Notes: generated by a model from the sequence alone, not told the origin. A stretch of 64,000 nt of DNA from Fervidicoccaceae archaeon (GCA_038734945.1 JAVYOA010000002.1:310001-374000), one strand, 5' to 3'. Shown: positions 9,545 through 20,287, counted from the stretch's first letter. Made by a program: numbers and translations.

Positions 9545-9784
9545 CTATTTCTTCGCTGTAACTTCTATGACAGCCCTAATAACTCCTGAACTATCCTGTT
9601 TCAGCTCAACAAGCTTATTTCCGGTGCTCTCAGTCCATGATTTCACATCTGCAACAAATCCCTGATCTGTTGCAAGAACTTCAATTATGTCTCCATTCTT
9701 TGCTTCTCTGTAGGCTCTTGTTAGCTTTGCTATAGGTCCGGGACATGCCATGCCTCTAGCATCCACTAGTTTTTTTTCTCCCAT
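9545..9784 (-). CDS. tusA: TusA family sulfur carrier
   Basis: DARGMACPGP motif, IEVLATDQG, 79 aa. Confidence 0.9.
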   Translation of the reverse strand: MGEKKLVDARGMACPGPIAKLTRAYREAKNGDIIEVLATDQGFVADVKSWTESTGNKLVELKQDSSGVIRAVIEVTAKK

Positions 9785-9830
9785 CTTTTCAGCACCTCAT
9801 TTTCAAATGCCTTTAGAAAGACTCAAGAGA

Positions 9831-10235
9831 TTAAATATATATCACAGTGTCTCCCGCTGTTTTTGTCAAAAAGAAGGTTGCTCCCACTACATCATCAACG
9901 ATGGGATCCCAGTCCTCCTTCTTTACGCCGAGAGCCTCTGCTGTCATTGAGCATCCATATACCTTCACATCCCCCATCTCCTTTGCCATCTTCAGCATAT
10001 CATACCAGCTTGGAGCATTCATCTTCTGCATTCCCTCGAACATCTTCTTAGCGAAGTCGCTGAACTCCGCAGACGGTCTGGGCTCTGGCTTGTTCTTTGT
10101 GAAATAGGGAACTGCGAAGCCCGTGACGAAGATCTTGACTGGAATTCCGAGGCTGGCTGCTGTCTGGGTTAGAACTCCAAGAGAAATGAAGTTCTCCGCC
10201 TGTCCTCTTGCTATTATTATTGAAAGACCTGCCAT
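9831..10235 (-). CDS. DsrE/DsrF-like (DsrE2/peroxiredoxin-like) sulfur relay protein
   Basis: VKIFVT, W.DMLK.AKEMGDVKVYGCSMT, VVGATFFL; start moved to ATG 10235. Confidence 0.82.
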   Translation of the reverse strand: MAGLSIIIARGQAENFISLGVLTQTAASLGIPVKIFVTGFAVPYFTKNKPEPRPSAEFSDFAKKMFEGMQKMNAPSWYDMLKMAKEMGDVKVYGCSMTAEALGVKKEDWDPIVDDVVGATFFLTKTAGDTVIYI

Positions 10236-10331
10236 ATCTAGCACCGCAAATTCATATGCTCTTTGCCATATAAAAAGAATGTATATATTTATCATGTCTA
10301 ATTTATGTCTTTAAATATTCAAAAAAATTAC

Positions 10332-11129
10332 CTACTCTTGAAGGCTGAGGACGATCTCTACCTTGTTCGCTCCAGATAGAAAGATGCTTGGCTCGTCAAG
10401 CTTCAAGCCATACTTTTTCTCCAGATATGTCTTCATAGAGCTGGAAAGGCTCCTTGTGAGACAATCAGCTTTCTTCACATTCAATTTCGGATGAGAGATA
10501 AAGCTTACATAGAGAGAGAATGGTTTTCCATTTAGGTACAGAGTTTTTATAGATGTGAGCTTGAAGAGGGAGCTTTCCTCTAGCTTATGCATAATTCGAT
10601 CCAGGCTTTTTTCAAGAGAAAATGAGTTTTTGACAAGCTGTTCCAGCTCCTCGCAAGAGTCCGAATCCCTTAATATCTTGAATAAAACTGCTCCTCCAAA
10701 ATCGGTTGAATAGAACAAGGCTTTTGTCAGTTCACTGGGATTTTTGACTATTTGAATTGTCTGGAGACCCTGGCAACATGCTGAAAGGAGAGAGCTTGCT
10801 TCTGGGAGTGACTTGCCGAGATTCTTCCATTGAAGAGCTATGAGTCCTATGTGCTTTCCATCTTCCTTCGGAAAAATCCACGTAGCTGCAATTTCTGCCC
10901 CTTTTTTCTGCAGATTGATTACTGCCTGTGCTATCTCGAGCACTGAGGATTCAATGAAAAGAAGGAGAAGATCTCTCTTCCCTGAAAAGAGTCTCAGGTT
11001 TTCGTTCCTGAGGGAAGGAAGAAGGGCAACCAAGCCATCTAAAGATTTGGAAGACTCATATGATATTTCCGGCATGCTCTCCTGCTCAGCACTTATCTCC
11101 ACAATCTTTCTGTCAAATTTTTCTCCCAA
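10332..11129 (-). CDS. Hypothetical protein (possible degenerate ACT-like N-terminal region)
   Basis: 265-aa ORF with normal codon style, divergent from PEPCK; no clear motif. Confidence 0.55.
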   Translation of the reverse strand: MGEKFDRKIVEISAEQESMPEISYESSKSLDGLVALLPSLRNENLRLFSGKRDLLLLFIESSVLEIAQAVINLQKKGAEIAATWIFPKEDGKHIGLIALQWKNLGKSLPEASSLLSACCQGLQTIQIVKNPSELTKALFYSTDFGGAVLFKILRDSDSCEELEQLVKNSFSLEKSLDRIMHKLEESSLFKLTSIKTLYLNGKPFSLYVSFISHPKLNVKKADCLTRSLSSSMKTYLEKKYGLKLDEPSIFLSGANKVEIVLSLQE

Positions 11130-11211
11130 TGCTATCTATCTCCCTCAAATGAATAATCCGGCAACAATTTAATAAAATTATTAAAATGAAAAGTTAAAAG
11201 GAATCCTTGAA

Positions 11212-13008
11212 GTGTTTAATATGGTTAAGCTTATACCAGATTTGGATGATATAACTCCTGAATCCTTTCTCTCATCTCTGTTTTCAATTTTCGAATACAA
11301 GAGAAAGGCTGGGATCACGCCATATCTCGACAATCCAAGCGACCTTAGAGAGAGAGCAACGCTGTATGCTACAAGCTTCAAAAACGGTTCCTACGGATGG
11401 GCATCGAATATCTGGTCAAGGTCTGCCGCAAACACGGTAATAATTAATGATGCTAAGGAGATGAAGAGAGAGCACAAAATCCTGCTGCAGAGAGTGCTGG
11501 AGCACGTTCTTGCGCAGGGTCCGCTGATTAAAGTGGATGGAGCTTATGGATCTCCTGGAAGCAAGGTCAGAATGAACGTTAGAGTCTTTGTCGATCCCCA
11601 GTTTCCCGATCTAGCCTACCGCTGGAGACAGCTTGTATTTGAGCCTGACAGAGACAGGGATCCAGATGCTACATTGATTGTAATACCACACTATTTGGGT
11701 AACCCCATAATACCTGGAACTGACAGGTTGATGGCCGTAATCAGATTTCCAAACCACAATTTCACAGTAATAACTCTATCATCATACCAAGGAGAGATAA
11801 AAAAGGGTGCTCTGTGCCACTGGATTTATTATGCATATAAGGCGGGATGCACGGGAGAGCATGCTGCCCTCAGGGAATTCAGTGTAAAGACCATTGATGG
11901 ATCCTGGAAAAGGGTTGTTCTGGCCATATGGGGATTGACTGGAAGCGGAAAGTCGACTCATGGCTTCTATGTATGGACTGAGAGAAATGCTGAAGTCTAC
12001 CAGAGGCTCTTCGGAATCAACCCACTTGAATATGTGAAGGAGCAGGAAATAAAGAACGATGATATCATAGCAATCTGTGAGGACAGGGTTTACGGCTCTG
12101 AGCTGGGAGCTTGGACGAAGACTGAAGATTTAACACCAGATCTGGAAGCTATGTGGAATGGGGCAATGAGCAGCAGAGCTCTTCATGAGAACACAGAGTT
12201 CGATGAGAGGGGATATCCAGGATTTGAGGGAAAGCTTTTCCAGTACTTCGGTTCTCCGAATAGGAATGCGAGGTCTGTGCTTTACCTAGAAGATACGGGC
12301 TACTTCAGAGGTAGTGTGGACAGCAGCGGAAGGCTCAATGCTGCTGTATTCCTAAGTCCGGGATACTTCACTGATTATGCATGGGTTAAGATAGTCGACC
12401 CAGCACTAGCAGCTAAGGTACTCGCCGATGGAAGGACTGTAGGCCACGCAGCGCAGGCCAGAGAGCTTGTTGGAAAAGTTAGGTTCGTTCCGAGGTACTC
12501 TGAGTTCACAATTGGTGTTAAGGATGACGTCCATGTTATCAGATTCTATGAATTCCTGAAAAAGTGGAGAGAGAAGGGACATGAGGTCAACATATATCAG
12601 TGGAACACAACAGGCAGAATAGTTGCTAAATACAGATGGGTTGAGAAGAAGCTTGGAGATAGAACAATAATGGCCCCAGAGCCAATCCTGCAGGAAGTGA
12701 ATGGAATTCTGAAGCCCGTTGGAGGAGAGAGGCCCCTAATAGAGGAGACTGAGCTGTTCTTGCTACAAGCGGAAAGGGGGGCTGTGGAGTGGTCTCCGCA
12801 TCCAGTTTGGGGCGAAAAGGTGCTGGTTCCAAAGAAGGTGGAGGGGATTAGTGAGGAGAGGTTGAAGCAGCTGAGTCCGCTCACATATATGAGCATGGAG
12901 GAGTTCAGGGCCCTGCTGAAAGCTCAGCTGGAGGAGAGTAAGTACAATTTAAGCAGATTGGGTCTGAAGCTTCCACCAGAGATAATGAACTCCATGGACT
13001 TCGAGTAG
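11212..13008 (+). CDS. pckA: Phosphoenolpyruvate carboxykinase, divergent ATP-type
   Basis: YQGEIKKG, EHA, P-loop GLTGSGKST, KNDD metal motif, E.GAWTKT, EN, NRNAR. Confidence 0.8.
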   Translation: MFNMVKLIPDLDDITPESFLSSLFSIFEYKRKAGITPYLDNPSDLRERATLYATSFKNGSYGWASNIWSRSAANTVIINDAKEMKREHKILLQRVLEHVLAQGPLIKVDGAYGSPGSKVRMNVRVFVDPQFPDLAYRWRQLVFEPDRDRDPDATLIVIPHYLGNPIIPGTDRLMAVIRFPNHNFTVITLSSYQGEIKKGALCHWIYYAYKAGCTGEHAALREFSVKTIDGSWKRVVLAIWGLTGSGKSTHGFYVWTERNAEVYQRLFGINPLEYVKEQEIKNDDIIAICEDRVYGSELGAWTKTEDLTPDLEAMWNGAMSSRALHENTEFDERGYPGFEGKLFQYFGSPNRNARSVLYLEDTGYFRGSVDSSGRLNAAVFLSPGYFTDYAWVKIVDPALAAKVLADGRTVGHAAQARELVGKVRFVPRYSEFTIGVKDDVHVIRFYEFLKKWREKGHEVNIYQWNTTGRIVAKYRWVEKKLGDRTIMAPEPILQEVNGILKPVGGERPLIEETELFLLQAERGAVEWSPHPVWGEKVLVPKKVEGISEERLKQLSPLTYMSMEEFRALLKAQLEESKYNLSRLGLKLPPEIMNSMDFE

Positions 13009-13011
13009 CAG

Positions 13012-14025
13012 CTATTCTCTCCTTTTTATTCCTTCCTCAGAGGCCTCTGAGACAATGTACATTGAGCTAATGCCCTTCTCCTCAAGCAGCTCGGTGAGGG
13101 CCTTTCCCACATTATTGGCAACTTTCTCGTTTGGAGAAACTGCGAAGACTGAGGGGCCTGCTCCAGAAATGTTGAAGCCAAGAGCTCCGTGCGAAAATGC
13201 TTCCTTCTTCAACAGGTCGTAGTAGGGAATTAGTTTTTTTCTGTGAGGTTCCGCTATGTGATCGGTTGAAACTGATTCACCGAACATTTTAAGATCCTTT
13301 AGAAAAAGTGATGCTGTTAGCTTCCCCACAGCGGAGCTCTGCCTTATGCTGCTCTCCAAGCTTATATCCTTTGGAAGGATCCCTCTTGCTGCCCTGGTCT
13401 TTCCCTCGACCTTTCCGAGACCAGTTGGGACAATTACTGTGAAGAAGGCATTTGCTGGAATTGGGAGCTTTATGAACTTTAGAGTTTCGTAGTCCGTGAG
13501 AACGACTCCTCCGAGATAGCTGGCAGAAACGTTATCATAGTGCAGCGAGCCAGCTGCCATCATTTCACCGCAGGCTGAAATTAGAATGGATTCCCTTTCT
13601 GAAAGAGGCAAACCAAAGAGGTGGGAAAAAGCTCCGACTGCTGCTACCGAGGATGCTGCAGAGCTTCCGAGCCCTCTTGAAATTGGAACTCCTTTCTCCA
13701 GCGTGATATGGAGATCGACCTTTCTTTCCATTCCACATGCTCGGAGCAGCTCTCTGATCAAGAGAAATGCTATGTTTTTTTCATTTCCACCGGGGATTTC
13801 CTCGCCTCTTGTCTCGAGCTCTATCGAACCGCTTCCCTCCTTTGCCTCCAATGTGAGTGCATCTCTAGGATGCCTCAGAGCTAAGCCAAAAATATCGAAT
13901 CCTGGGCCCAAATTTGCTATAGAAGCTGGGCTCTCCACTGCAACGCGCTCTAGCCTGAGAGAGGCTCCTCTGCATTTTTCCTCGAATATTTTCAAGTGCT
14001 CGCAAAAGGGCTGAACTGCGCCCAA
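13012..14025 (-). CDS. thrB: Homoserine kinase
   Basis: PASIANLGPGFD, P.SRGLGSSAAS, HYDNV, ISGAGPS. Confidence 0.95.
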   Translation of the reverse strand: MGAVQPFCEHLKIFEEKCRGASLRLERVAVESPASIANLGPGFDIFGLALRHPRDALTLEAKEGSGSIELETRGEEIPGGNEKNIAFLLIRELLRACGMERKVDLHITLEKGVPISRGLGSSAASSVAAVGAFSHLFGLPLSERESILISACGEMMAAGSLHYDNVSASYLGGVVLTDYETLKFIKLPIPANAFFTVIVPTGLGKVEGKTRAARGILPKDISLESSIRQSSAVGKLTASLFLKDLKMFGESVSTDHIAEPHRKKLIPYYDLLKKEAFSHGALGFNISGAGPSVFAVSPNEKVANNVGKALTELLEEKGISSMYIVSEASEEGIKRRE

Positions 14026-14037
14026 TTTCTCTGCCTC

Positions 14038-15105
14038 CTAGCTGAGTTCCCCCCTTTTCAGGTACTCTGCATATAGCTCTGCCATGAGAACTCCAGTTCC
14101 TGCTGCTCCTCTAACTATGTTGTCTCCTAGAACAACATATCTAAGCAATCGGCCTTCTCCATCGAGCTTTATCCTTCCCACAGTAACTGCCATTCCTTTT
14201 CCATTTCCCCTGTCAAGCCTCGGCTGAGGCCTGTCATCCTCTTCTTTAACTATTATGGGCTCCTTTGGCGCTGTAGGAAGATGCAATCCAGATATCTTGT
14301 TCCAGGAAGTGCTTCTCAACGATCTGACTATCTCTTCCTTGCTCACGCCGCTTTGAGAGAGCTCAACGACAACGGATTCTGTGTGTCCATACAGGACTGG
14401 GACCCTTGTTGTGGTTGCATATATATTGAAATCAGCATGTGAAATTTCTCCATTCTCCAGCCTTCCAAGCATTTTTTTGGGCTCGCTCTCCACCTTCTCC
14501 TCCTCCCCCTGAATGAAGGGAATGAGATTATCGATAATTTGCATTGAGGGAACGCCGTGGATCCCTGCTCCGCTGAGAGCCTGCATAGTTGTTACGAAAA
14601 CTTTTCTGATGCCGAAGGCATCATATATTGGTTTGAGGGAAAGAGTCAATATTGCTGAGGTGCAGTTCGGCACCTTCAGCACTTTTCCGCTTCCAAAGTT
14701 CTGCTTCCTGAGAAGCAATATGTGATCTGCATTAACTTCTGGGTTCAGAAGGGGGATGAGAGGATCCATTCTCCAGTTGCTTGCATTGGAGAAGACTATT
14801 TTCCCTCTATCAATCAGCCTTCTCTCTACTTCAATTGCTTCCTCTGCAGGTAAAGCTGTAAATGCAAAATCAAAGTCATTCCTTTCCAGAAGCTCCTTAT
14901 TTGAGATGAGCCTGTTTTCCTCAACCTCGCTTGGAATAGGCTCGGGAAGAAGCCAATTCACAGCCTTGGAGTATGGCTTCCCAATGCTTCTCTCAGAAGC
15001 TGTGAGATAGACTGGCTCAAACATCCTGTGACCTGAGAGAAGAGAAATGAATTTCTGACCAACGAGACCTGTGGCTCCCAGAACAGCAACTCTGAACTTA
15101 TCCAT
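14038..15105 (-). CDS. asd: Aspartate-semialdehyde dehydrogenase
   Basis: [21 protein letters not shown] catalytic Cys, QALSGAG, RVPV..GH, N.VRGAAG; start moved to ATG 15105. Confidence 0.95.
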   Translation of the reverse strand: MDKFRVAVLGATGLVGQKFISLLSGHRMFEPVYLTASERSIGKPYSKAVNWLLPEPIPSEVEENRLISNKELLERNDFDFAFTALPAEEAIEVERRLIDRGKIVFSNASNWRMDPLIPLLNPEVNADHILLLRKQNFGSGKVLKVPNCTSAILTLSLKPIYDAFGIRKVFVTTMQALSGAGIHGVPSMQIIDNLIPFIQGEEEKVESEPKKMLGRLENGEISHADFNIYATTTRVPVLYGHTESVVVELSQSGVSKEEIVRSLRSTSWNKISGLHLPTAPKEPIIVKEEDDRPQPRLDRGNGKGMAVTVGRIKLDGEGRLLRYVVLGDNIVRGAAGTGVLMAELYAEYLKRGELS

Positions 15106-16228
15106 TTTCAGCACCCCAGATGAGATTTTCATGTATGAAATCGAGTAGTTCCAGAGCTGGGGATTTTTTGTCAAGAGATAGAAAAAGTAAATGAGGCCCC
15201 CTTATTTCGAATTTCGCCCCAAATTTTTCAGAATCCAAGTCATATGTTCTCAGCTTCCTCATGGCTAGAGCAGAGCTGTTCTTTCCTATGACCGCTATTC
15301 CGTATCTATCTGAGAGCTCCTTCATTGATATGACCTTAACTCCCTCGCTCGAGCATCCATTACCGCATATGTTTGTCCCCTCTCCAGAAATGGATCTCAC
15401 AATAATTTTTCTCGGAAAGGAGAGGAGCTCTGCTGGCTCTAGGGTCTTTGGATGTAGGCGCTTTACTCCATAGAGAGAAGCCAGCTTCGCTTCCATCATC
15501 TCCAAGCTATCCACTTTTTTTGGTCTCCTCACGAGCTTTGGATCGCAGCTCATTATTCCACTAGTCTCCGTAATCAGCTGCACCTCCTCAATGGATAGAG
15601 CTCCAGCCACCGCTGTAGCAGTATAATCTGAACCTCCCCTTCCAAGAGTGGTAACTCTTCCATTTTCCAAGGAAGCTATAAATCCCTCTATTATTATTGG
15701 AGAGCTTTCCCTATTTACTGCCGAGATTTCCTCCCTCAGCCTGAAGGAGGTCTTCTCATAATCTATTGAGATATCACCATTGCTTTGTGAAGCAACAATG
15801 CTCTTTATGGCGCTTATATGTGCTGGTTTTTTTCCAATGACTCTGAAAGCACCAGCCATTAAAGCTGCACTCAGCCTCTCTCCAAAGGAAAGTATCAGCT
15901 CCCTGCAGAGCTGCCTCTCTAGACATTTATCGAAAATTGAAAACTGAAGATCATTCAGAAGCATTGATACTTCTTTTTCAGCTTCTGGATCCCCTATTTC
16001 TTCAGCAAATCTTAAGTGCAGATCTCTGATCTTATCTAACTTCTCCAGATTTCCAGCAGATATGTCAATTAGCTCATCCGTAATTCCTCTTGCTGCGCTC
16101 ACAACCAGGAGAATTGTGTTTTTTTCTCTCAAAAATTCCTCCGAGATCCTCTCAGCTATCCTTATATATTCCCTCCCTGAAAAAAGGAGGGAGCCTCCAA
16201 TCTTCACGACCTTCTCTATCTGTATCAC
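15098..16228 (-). CDS. lysC: Aspartokinase
   Basis: VKIGGS, VVSA..GITD, SFGERLSA, TTLGRGGSDYTA, DP, LHP. Confidence 0.92.
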   Translation of the reverse strand: MIQIEKVVKIGGSLLFSGREYIRIAERISEEFLREKNTILLVVSAARGITDELIDISAGNLEKLDKIRDLHLRFAEEIGDPEAEKEVSMLLNDLQFSIFDKCLERQLCRELILSFGERLSAALMAGAFRVIGKKPAHISAIKSIVASQSNGDISIDYEKTSFRLREEISAVNRESSPIIIEGFIASLENGRVTTLGRGGSDYTATAVAGALSIEEVQLITETSGIMSCDPKLVRRPKKVDSLEMMEAKLASLYGVKRLHPKTLEPAELLSFPRKIIVRSISGEGTNICGNGCSSEGVKVISMKELSDRYGIAVIGKNSSALAMRKLRTYDLDSEKFGAKFEIRGPHLLFLSLDKKSPALELLDFIHENLIWGAENG

Positions 16229-16231
16229 ATC

Positions 16232-17416
16232 TCACCTCCTGATTTCCTCAATGGCTTGGGATTCACCCTCTACTTGGATAATTGAGGGGGGGAACCTGGA
16301 TAGCAGTGCGCTCCCTTCTTTGAGAGCGCTCCCAGTTCCTATTAGGACTGCACTTTCTCCCCTCTCCACTATTCTCTCCTCCAGGGCCTTGAGCAGACCG
16401 GCAAGGGTTGAGGCAGAGGCGCTCTCAACCCCTATGCCTCCCTCTCTAGCCAGCTGAAGCTGTGAATCCAATATTTCCCTGTCCTCAACATCTACAGCAT
16501 TGCCTCCAGACTCCCTGACTGCAGCAAGCACTCTCTCCCAGTGTAGGGGGCTCCCAATCCTTATGGCTGAAGCTATTGTCTGTGGAGAGCTCACCTCACG
16601 GAATTTTCCTGTCCTCACTGCATTCACAATTGGTGATGCCCCCTCAGCCTGGACAATAAGAAGCTTTGGCAAGCTATCTATAATTCCCAGCTTCCTTAGC
16701 TCCTTCAAGCCCTTCCATATAGCATATGTGTTCCCTCCATTTCCAACAGGGATAACTATCCAATCTGGCACTCCTAATTCCTCGATAATTTCGAAGGCAA
16801 TTGTTTTCTGCCCCTCTATTCTCCATGGATTCACTGAATTCATCAAATAGATCTCTTTGTCCTTTTCCGAGATCTCCAGAGCTTTCTTCATAGCGGCATC
16901 AAAGTTTCCAGCTATTTCTAGAATTCTTGCTCCATATAGAGCTAGCTGGGAAATCTTCCCCTCTGCTATACCATTCTTTGGGACCATCACTATTGGCTCC
17001 ATCCCGGCCCTTCTGGCATACGCAGACATGCTTGCAGCAGTATTACCGGTAGAAGCAGATATTACTCTTTTGGAGCCAAGGGCCCCTGCAATAGTGATAG
17101 CAACGGTCATGCCTCTGTCCTTGAAGCTTCCTGTAGGATTGGATCCCTCGAACTTCATCCATATTCCAGCCATGCCAAGCCTCTTTTCAATGGACTTCAG
17201 TCTGATCAGCGGTGTGCCTCCTTCCATCATTGATACTATCCTAATGCCCCTTGGAACTGGAATAAAATCTCTATATCTCCACACTCCTCTTCTTCTTGTG
17301 CGGTGACTGGGGAATGAGTTCCTGAGGGGAGAATGCTCGAGGTGGAGGAGGCCGCCGCATTCGCACAGATATCTCTTTTCAAAAATTGAATATCTTCTAC
17401 TGCACCTATCACACAC
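16232..17416 (-). CDS. thrC: Threonine synthase
   Basis: N-terminal Zn ribbon, EGGTP, NPTGSFKDRG (PLP Lys), ASTGNTAAS, EGQKT, PVGNGGN. Confidence 0.95.
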   Translation of the reverse strand: MCDRCSRRYSIFEKRYLCECGGLLHLEHSPLRNSFPSHRTRRRGVWRYRDFIPVPRGIRIVSMMEGGTPLIRLKSIEKRLGMAGIWMKFEGSNPTGSFKDRGMTVAITIAGALGSKRVISASTGNTAASMSAYARRAGMEPIVMVPKNGIAEGKISQLALYGARILEIAGNFDAAMKKALEISEKDKEIYLMNSVNPWRIEGQKTIAFEIIEELGVPDWIVIPVGNGGNTYAIWKGLKELRKLGIIDSLPKLLIVQAEGASPIVNAVRTGKFREVSSPQTIASAIRIGSPLHWERVLAAVRESGGNAVDVEDREILDSQLQLAREGGIGVESASASTLAGLLKALEERIVERGESAVLIGTGSALKEGSALLSRFPPSIIQVEGESQAIEEIRR

Positions 17417-17541
17417 TAAAGCGTTTGGCTCAAATCGCCCACCTGCTTGAGAAAGTTATTACTGTAAAAAGCACTTTTAAGTGGTTCCCCTACTTTTTTC
17501 CTATTAATAGGAAAAACAGCATTTTTTATAATTTATAATCT

Positions 17542-18747
17542 TCACTCCTTGCTCCTCCAAAGCAGGTGATGATTGAGGGCCAGGGATGCTAGAAGCGCAG
17601 ATCCCATATAGAGCACTTCCTCGTCGACATCAAAGCTTGGGCTATGATGCGGCACATTTGTCCCCTTTGCTGGATTTCCAGTACCAAGAAGTATGAAGCT
17701 TCCGGGAACTTTTTCTAGGTAAAATGAAAAGTCCTCTCCACCCATGCTTGGCCTCGGAATTACAACGCTTTCCTCTCCGAAAAGTGCTGCTGCAACCTTT
17801 CTAGCTACTGACGAAGCTCTAGGCTCATTGATTGTTGGTGGCGTAACATCCATCAGCTCCACATGGGCTGTGGCTCCAAAAGCTTCAGAGACTTTTTCCG
17901 CTGTTTCCCTTATCCTTTTCTTTAATTTTTCTCTTGTCTCCACTGTTAAAGCTCTGTATGTTCCTCTCATAAGCACACTTTCTGGTATTACATTGAATGC
18001 CCTTCCCCCCTCAACAGCTCCCACTGTTATTACTGCTGAATCGAAGGGATCTATATTCCTGCTGACAATGCTCTGGAGGGCCAGAATTACTGCTGCTGAA
18101 GCTACTATTGGATCAACTGTTTGATCGGGATGAGCTCCATGGCCTCCTTTTCCCCTCACAGTGATTCTGAAGTCTCCAGTAGATGCAAGGAGCGGGCCAT
18201 CCCTTATGCCTATTTTTCCGGAGGCAAGATCGCTCCAAACATGGATCCCGAATATTACATCAACCTCGGGATCTTCAAGTGCTCCTCCCTCGATCATCTT
18301 CAGGGCTCCATTTCCTCCCTCCTCAGCAGGCTGGAATATCAGCCTTATTGTGCTCCTCAGCTCTTGCTTTAGGGAGGAGAGAATTCTGGCTGACCCAAGA
18401 AGCATTGCTGTGTGGGCATCGTGTCCGCAAGCATGCATCTTTCCAGGTATTCTAGATCTGTATTCTCTTCCCTCAACTTCCTCTATAGGTAAAGCATCCA
18501 TGTCTGCTCTGAGAGCGATAGCTCCTTCCCCGCTTCCTCTCATAGTTGCTATTATTCCAGTCTCGCCAACATTTGTCTTCACATCATATCCCCAATCCCT
18601 CAGCTTCTGTGCTACAATCTGGGATGTTCTTCTTTCCTCATAGCCGAGCTCGGGATACATGTGGAAGTCCCTTCTCCATCTGATTATTTCTTCGCTGAGC
18701 TCCTTAGCAATGGAAAGGGGTCTCGTATCTATGTTCATGCAGATCAT
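17542..18747 (-). CDS. M20 family amidohydrolase/carboxypeptidase
   Basis: RRDFH.YPELGYEE, LRADMDALP, MHACGHDAH, FQPAEEG, GGHGA.P, GGEDF, HHSP.FD. Confidence 0.93.
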   Translation of the reverse strand: MICMNIDTRPLSIAKELSEEIIRWRRDFHMYPELGYEERRTSQIVAQKLRDWGYDVKTNVGETGIIATMRGSGEGAIALRADMDALPIEEVEGREYRSRIPGKMHACGHDAHTAMLLGSARILSSLKQELRSTIRLIFQPAEEGGNGALKMIEGGALEDPEVDVIFGIHVWSDLASGKIGIRDGPLLASTGDFRITVRGKGGHGAHPDQTVDPIVASAAVILALQSIVSRNIDPFDSAVITVGAVEGGRAFNVIPESVLMRGTYRALTVETREKLKKRIRETAEKVSEAFGATAHVELMDVTPPTINEPRASSVARKVAAALFGEESVVIPRPSMGGEDFSFYLEKVPGSFILLGTGNPAKGTNVPHHSPSFDVDEEVLYMGSALLASLALNHHLLWRSKE

Positions 18748-19032
18748 CCTCGGTTAACTTTCCAGGATACTCTCTTGTGAACTATCCCTTGTATTGCAGA
18801 GGATTCAGGCACTTGAGCTATTTTAATACATGCATTTAAATCCCTGTCGTATTCCTTTCTGAAGCATGGCAAATACATTACATAGATGCTGCTATGCGCG
18901 AAAGCATCATAAAATATGCTTGAATTCCGAGCATTTAAAAACGCAAATCGTAGAGGAAAGCGAGGAAAAGTTATGAGGAGAAAAATCTATAATTTTTTAA
19001 AAAGAAGAAGATCTCAGGGAGAGAAGAGCATC

Positions 19033-19779
19033 GTGAGTCAGAAGGTTGTAATAACGCTGCCAATACATCCAATAATGTTCGCTCTCTATGGATTTCTCCT
19101 TTTTCCTCTGTTCATGTATTCCCCAATCATTTTCGCCTCTCTTTCATCCTACTTGGGAGTTTCAAGCAGCGCTGCTGCAGCACTTGGCCTGCTCATGCCG
19201 ACCCTAAGCTTCCCTCTCAGCCTTGTTAATGTTGTTGTGAAGAGAATAGAAACGGAGGAGGAGATCCTCACATATGATTCGAAATACATTACCTTCATGG
19301 GATTTCCAATCCCTGTCTTCATCCCAGTTCTCCAGAGAAAGGAAATCACAATTGCTGTTAATTTGGGGGGAGCGGTCCTGCCAATTTTTTTCAGCACATT
19401 GCTCATAATTGCCATAGGAAGGAGCTCCTCTGATATGCTAATTAGGGCCTTGCTTGATGTGGCAGTAACATCGATTGTAACCTTCTTCACGTCTAGGGCA
19501 GTTCCCCGCGTAGGCATAGTTACTCCCTCTCTCATCCCACCAATTGTCTCCACACTTGCAGCCTTTCTCCTTGGAGGGGGGCACTTCACTTTTCCGATAG
19601 CGTATATTGGAGGAGTTCTGGGAAGCCTGATAGGAGCAGATGTTCTCAGATTGATGAAGGATATTGATAAGTTCAAGAGCGAGCTTGGAAGCGCTTTTCT
19701 GAGCATTGGAGGTGCTGGAACTTTTGACGGAATTTTCCTCTCGGGAATATTCGCTGCCGTATTCTCAGCAATTTTATGA
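19033..19779 (+). CDS. DUF1614 family membrane protein
   Basis: IAVNLGGAVLP, AYIGGVLGSLIGAD, SIGGAGTFDGIFLSG; start probably GTG 19033 (ORF open from 18916). Confidence 0.85.
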   Translation: MSQKVVITLPIHPIMFALYGFLLFPLFMYSPIIFASLSSYLGVSSSAAAALGLLMPTLSFPLSLVNVVVKRIETEEEILTYDSKYITFMGFPIPVFIPVLQRKEITIAVNLGGAVLPIFFSTLLIIAIGRSSSDMLIRALLDVAVTSIVTFFTSRAVPRVGIVTPSLIPPIVSTLAAFLLGGGHFTFPIAYIGGVLGSLIGADVLRLMKDIDKFKSELGSAFLSIGGAGTFDGIFLSGIFAAVFSAIL

Positions 19780-19797
19780 GCATTGGGAGGGGGGATC

Positions 19798-20250
19798 ATG
19801 GAGAGATGGAGGATAAGAAAGGCAAGCATTTCAGACATAGGAGCAATAACAAGAATAGAGAGGGAGAGCTTTCCCGATTATCCATATCCCCGTGAGGTTT
19901 TTTATTTCTATTTGAGAAAATGTCAAGAGTACTTCCTTGTAGCTGAGATCGATGAGGAGTTGATAGGATATGTTCTGGGATGTGCTGATGAAGATGAGGG
20001 AAGCATAGTATCAATAGCAATTTCCCCCAATCACAGAGGCAAGGGTATTGGAAGAATGCTTATGGAGGCCGTTGAGAAGGAAATGAAGGAAAGAGGAGTT
20101 AGAAAAATCAAGCTAGAGGTATCGAACTTGAATTTCAAGGCAAGAAGGCTATATGAGAAGCTTGGCTACAGGGAAATTAGTAGAATAAGAAATTACTATT
20201 CAGACGGATCAGACGCTATAGTTATGGAGAAGATAATTCGCAGCACTTAA
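19798..20250 (+). CDS. rimI: RimI/Ard1-type GNAT protein N-acetyltransferase
   Basis: IERESFP, IVSIAISP.HRGKGIG, LEV..N..A..LYEKLGY, NYYSDGSDA. Confidence 0.88.
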   Translation: MERWRIRKASISDIGAITRIERESFPDYPYPREVFYFYLRKCQEYFLVAEIDEELIGYVLGCADEDEGSIVSIAISPNHRGKGIGRMLMEAVEKEMKERGVRKIKLEVSNLNFKARRLYEKLGYREISRIRNYYSDGSDAIVMEKIIRST

Positions 20251-20287
20251 TTCTTAAAAGAGATTTTTGTGATGCTCGAAGCTTGCT

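Noticed and set aside
19149..19838. Long antisense ORFs (for example 229 aa opposite DUF1614, 174 aa opposite the permease)
   Set aside because: They mirror well-supported genes on the other strand and have no motifs
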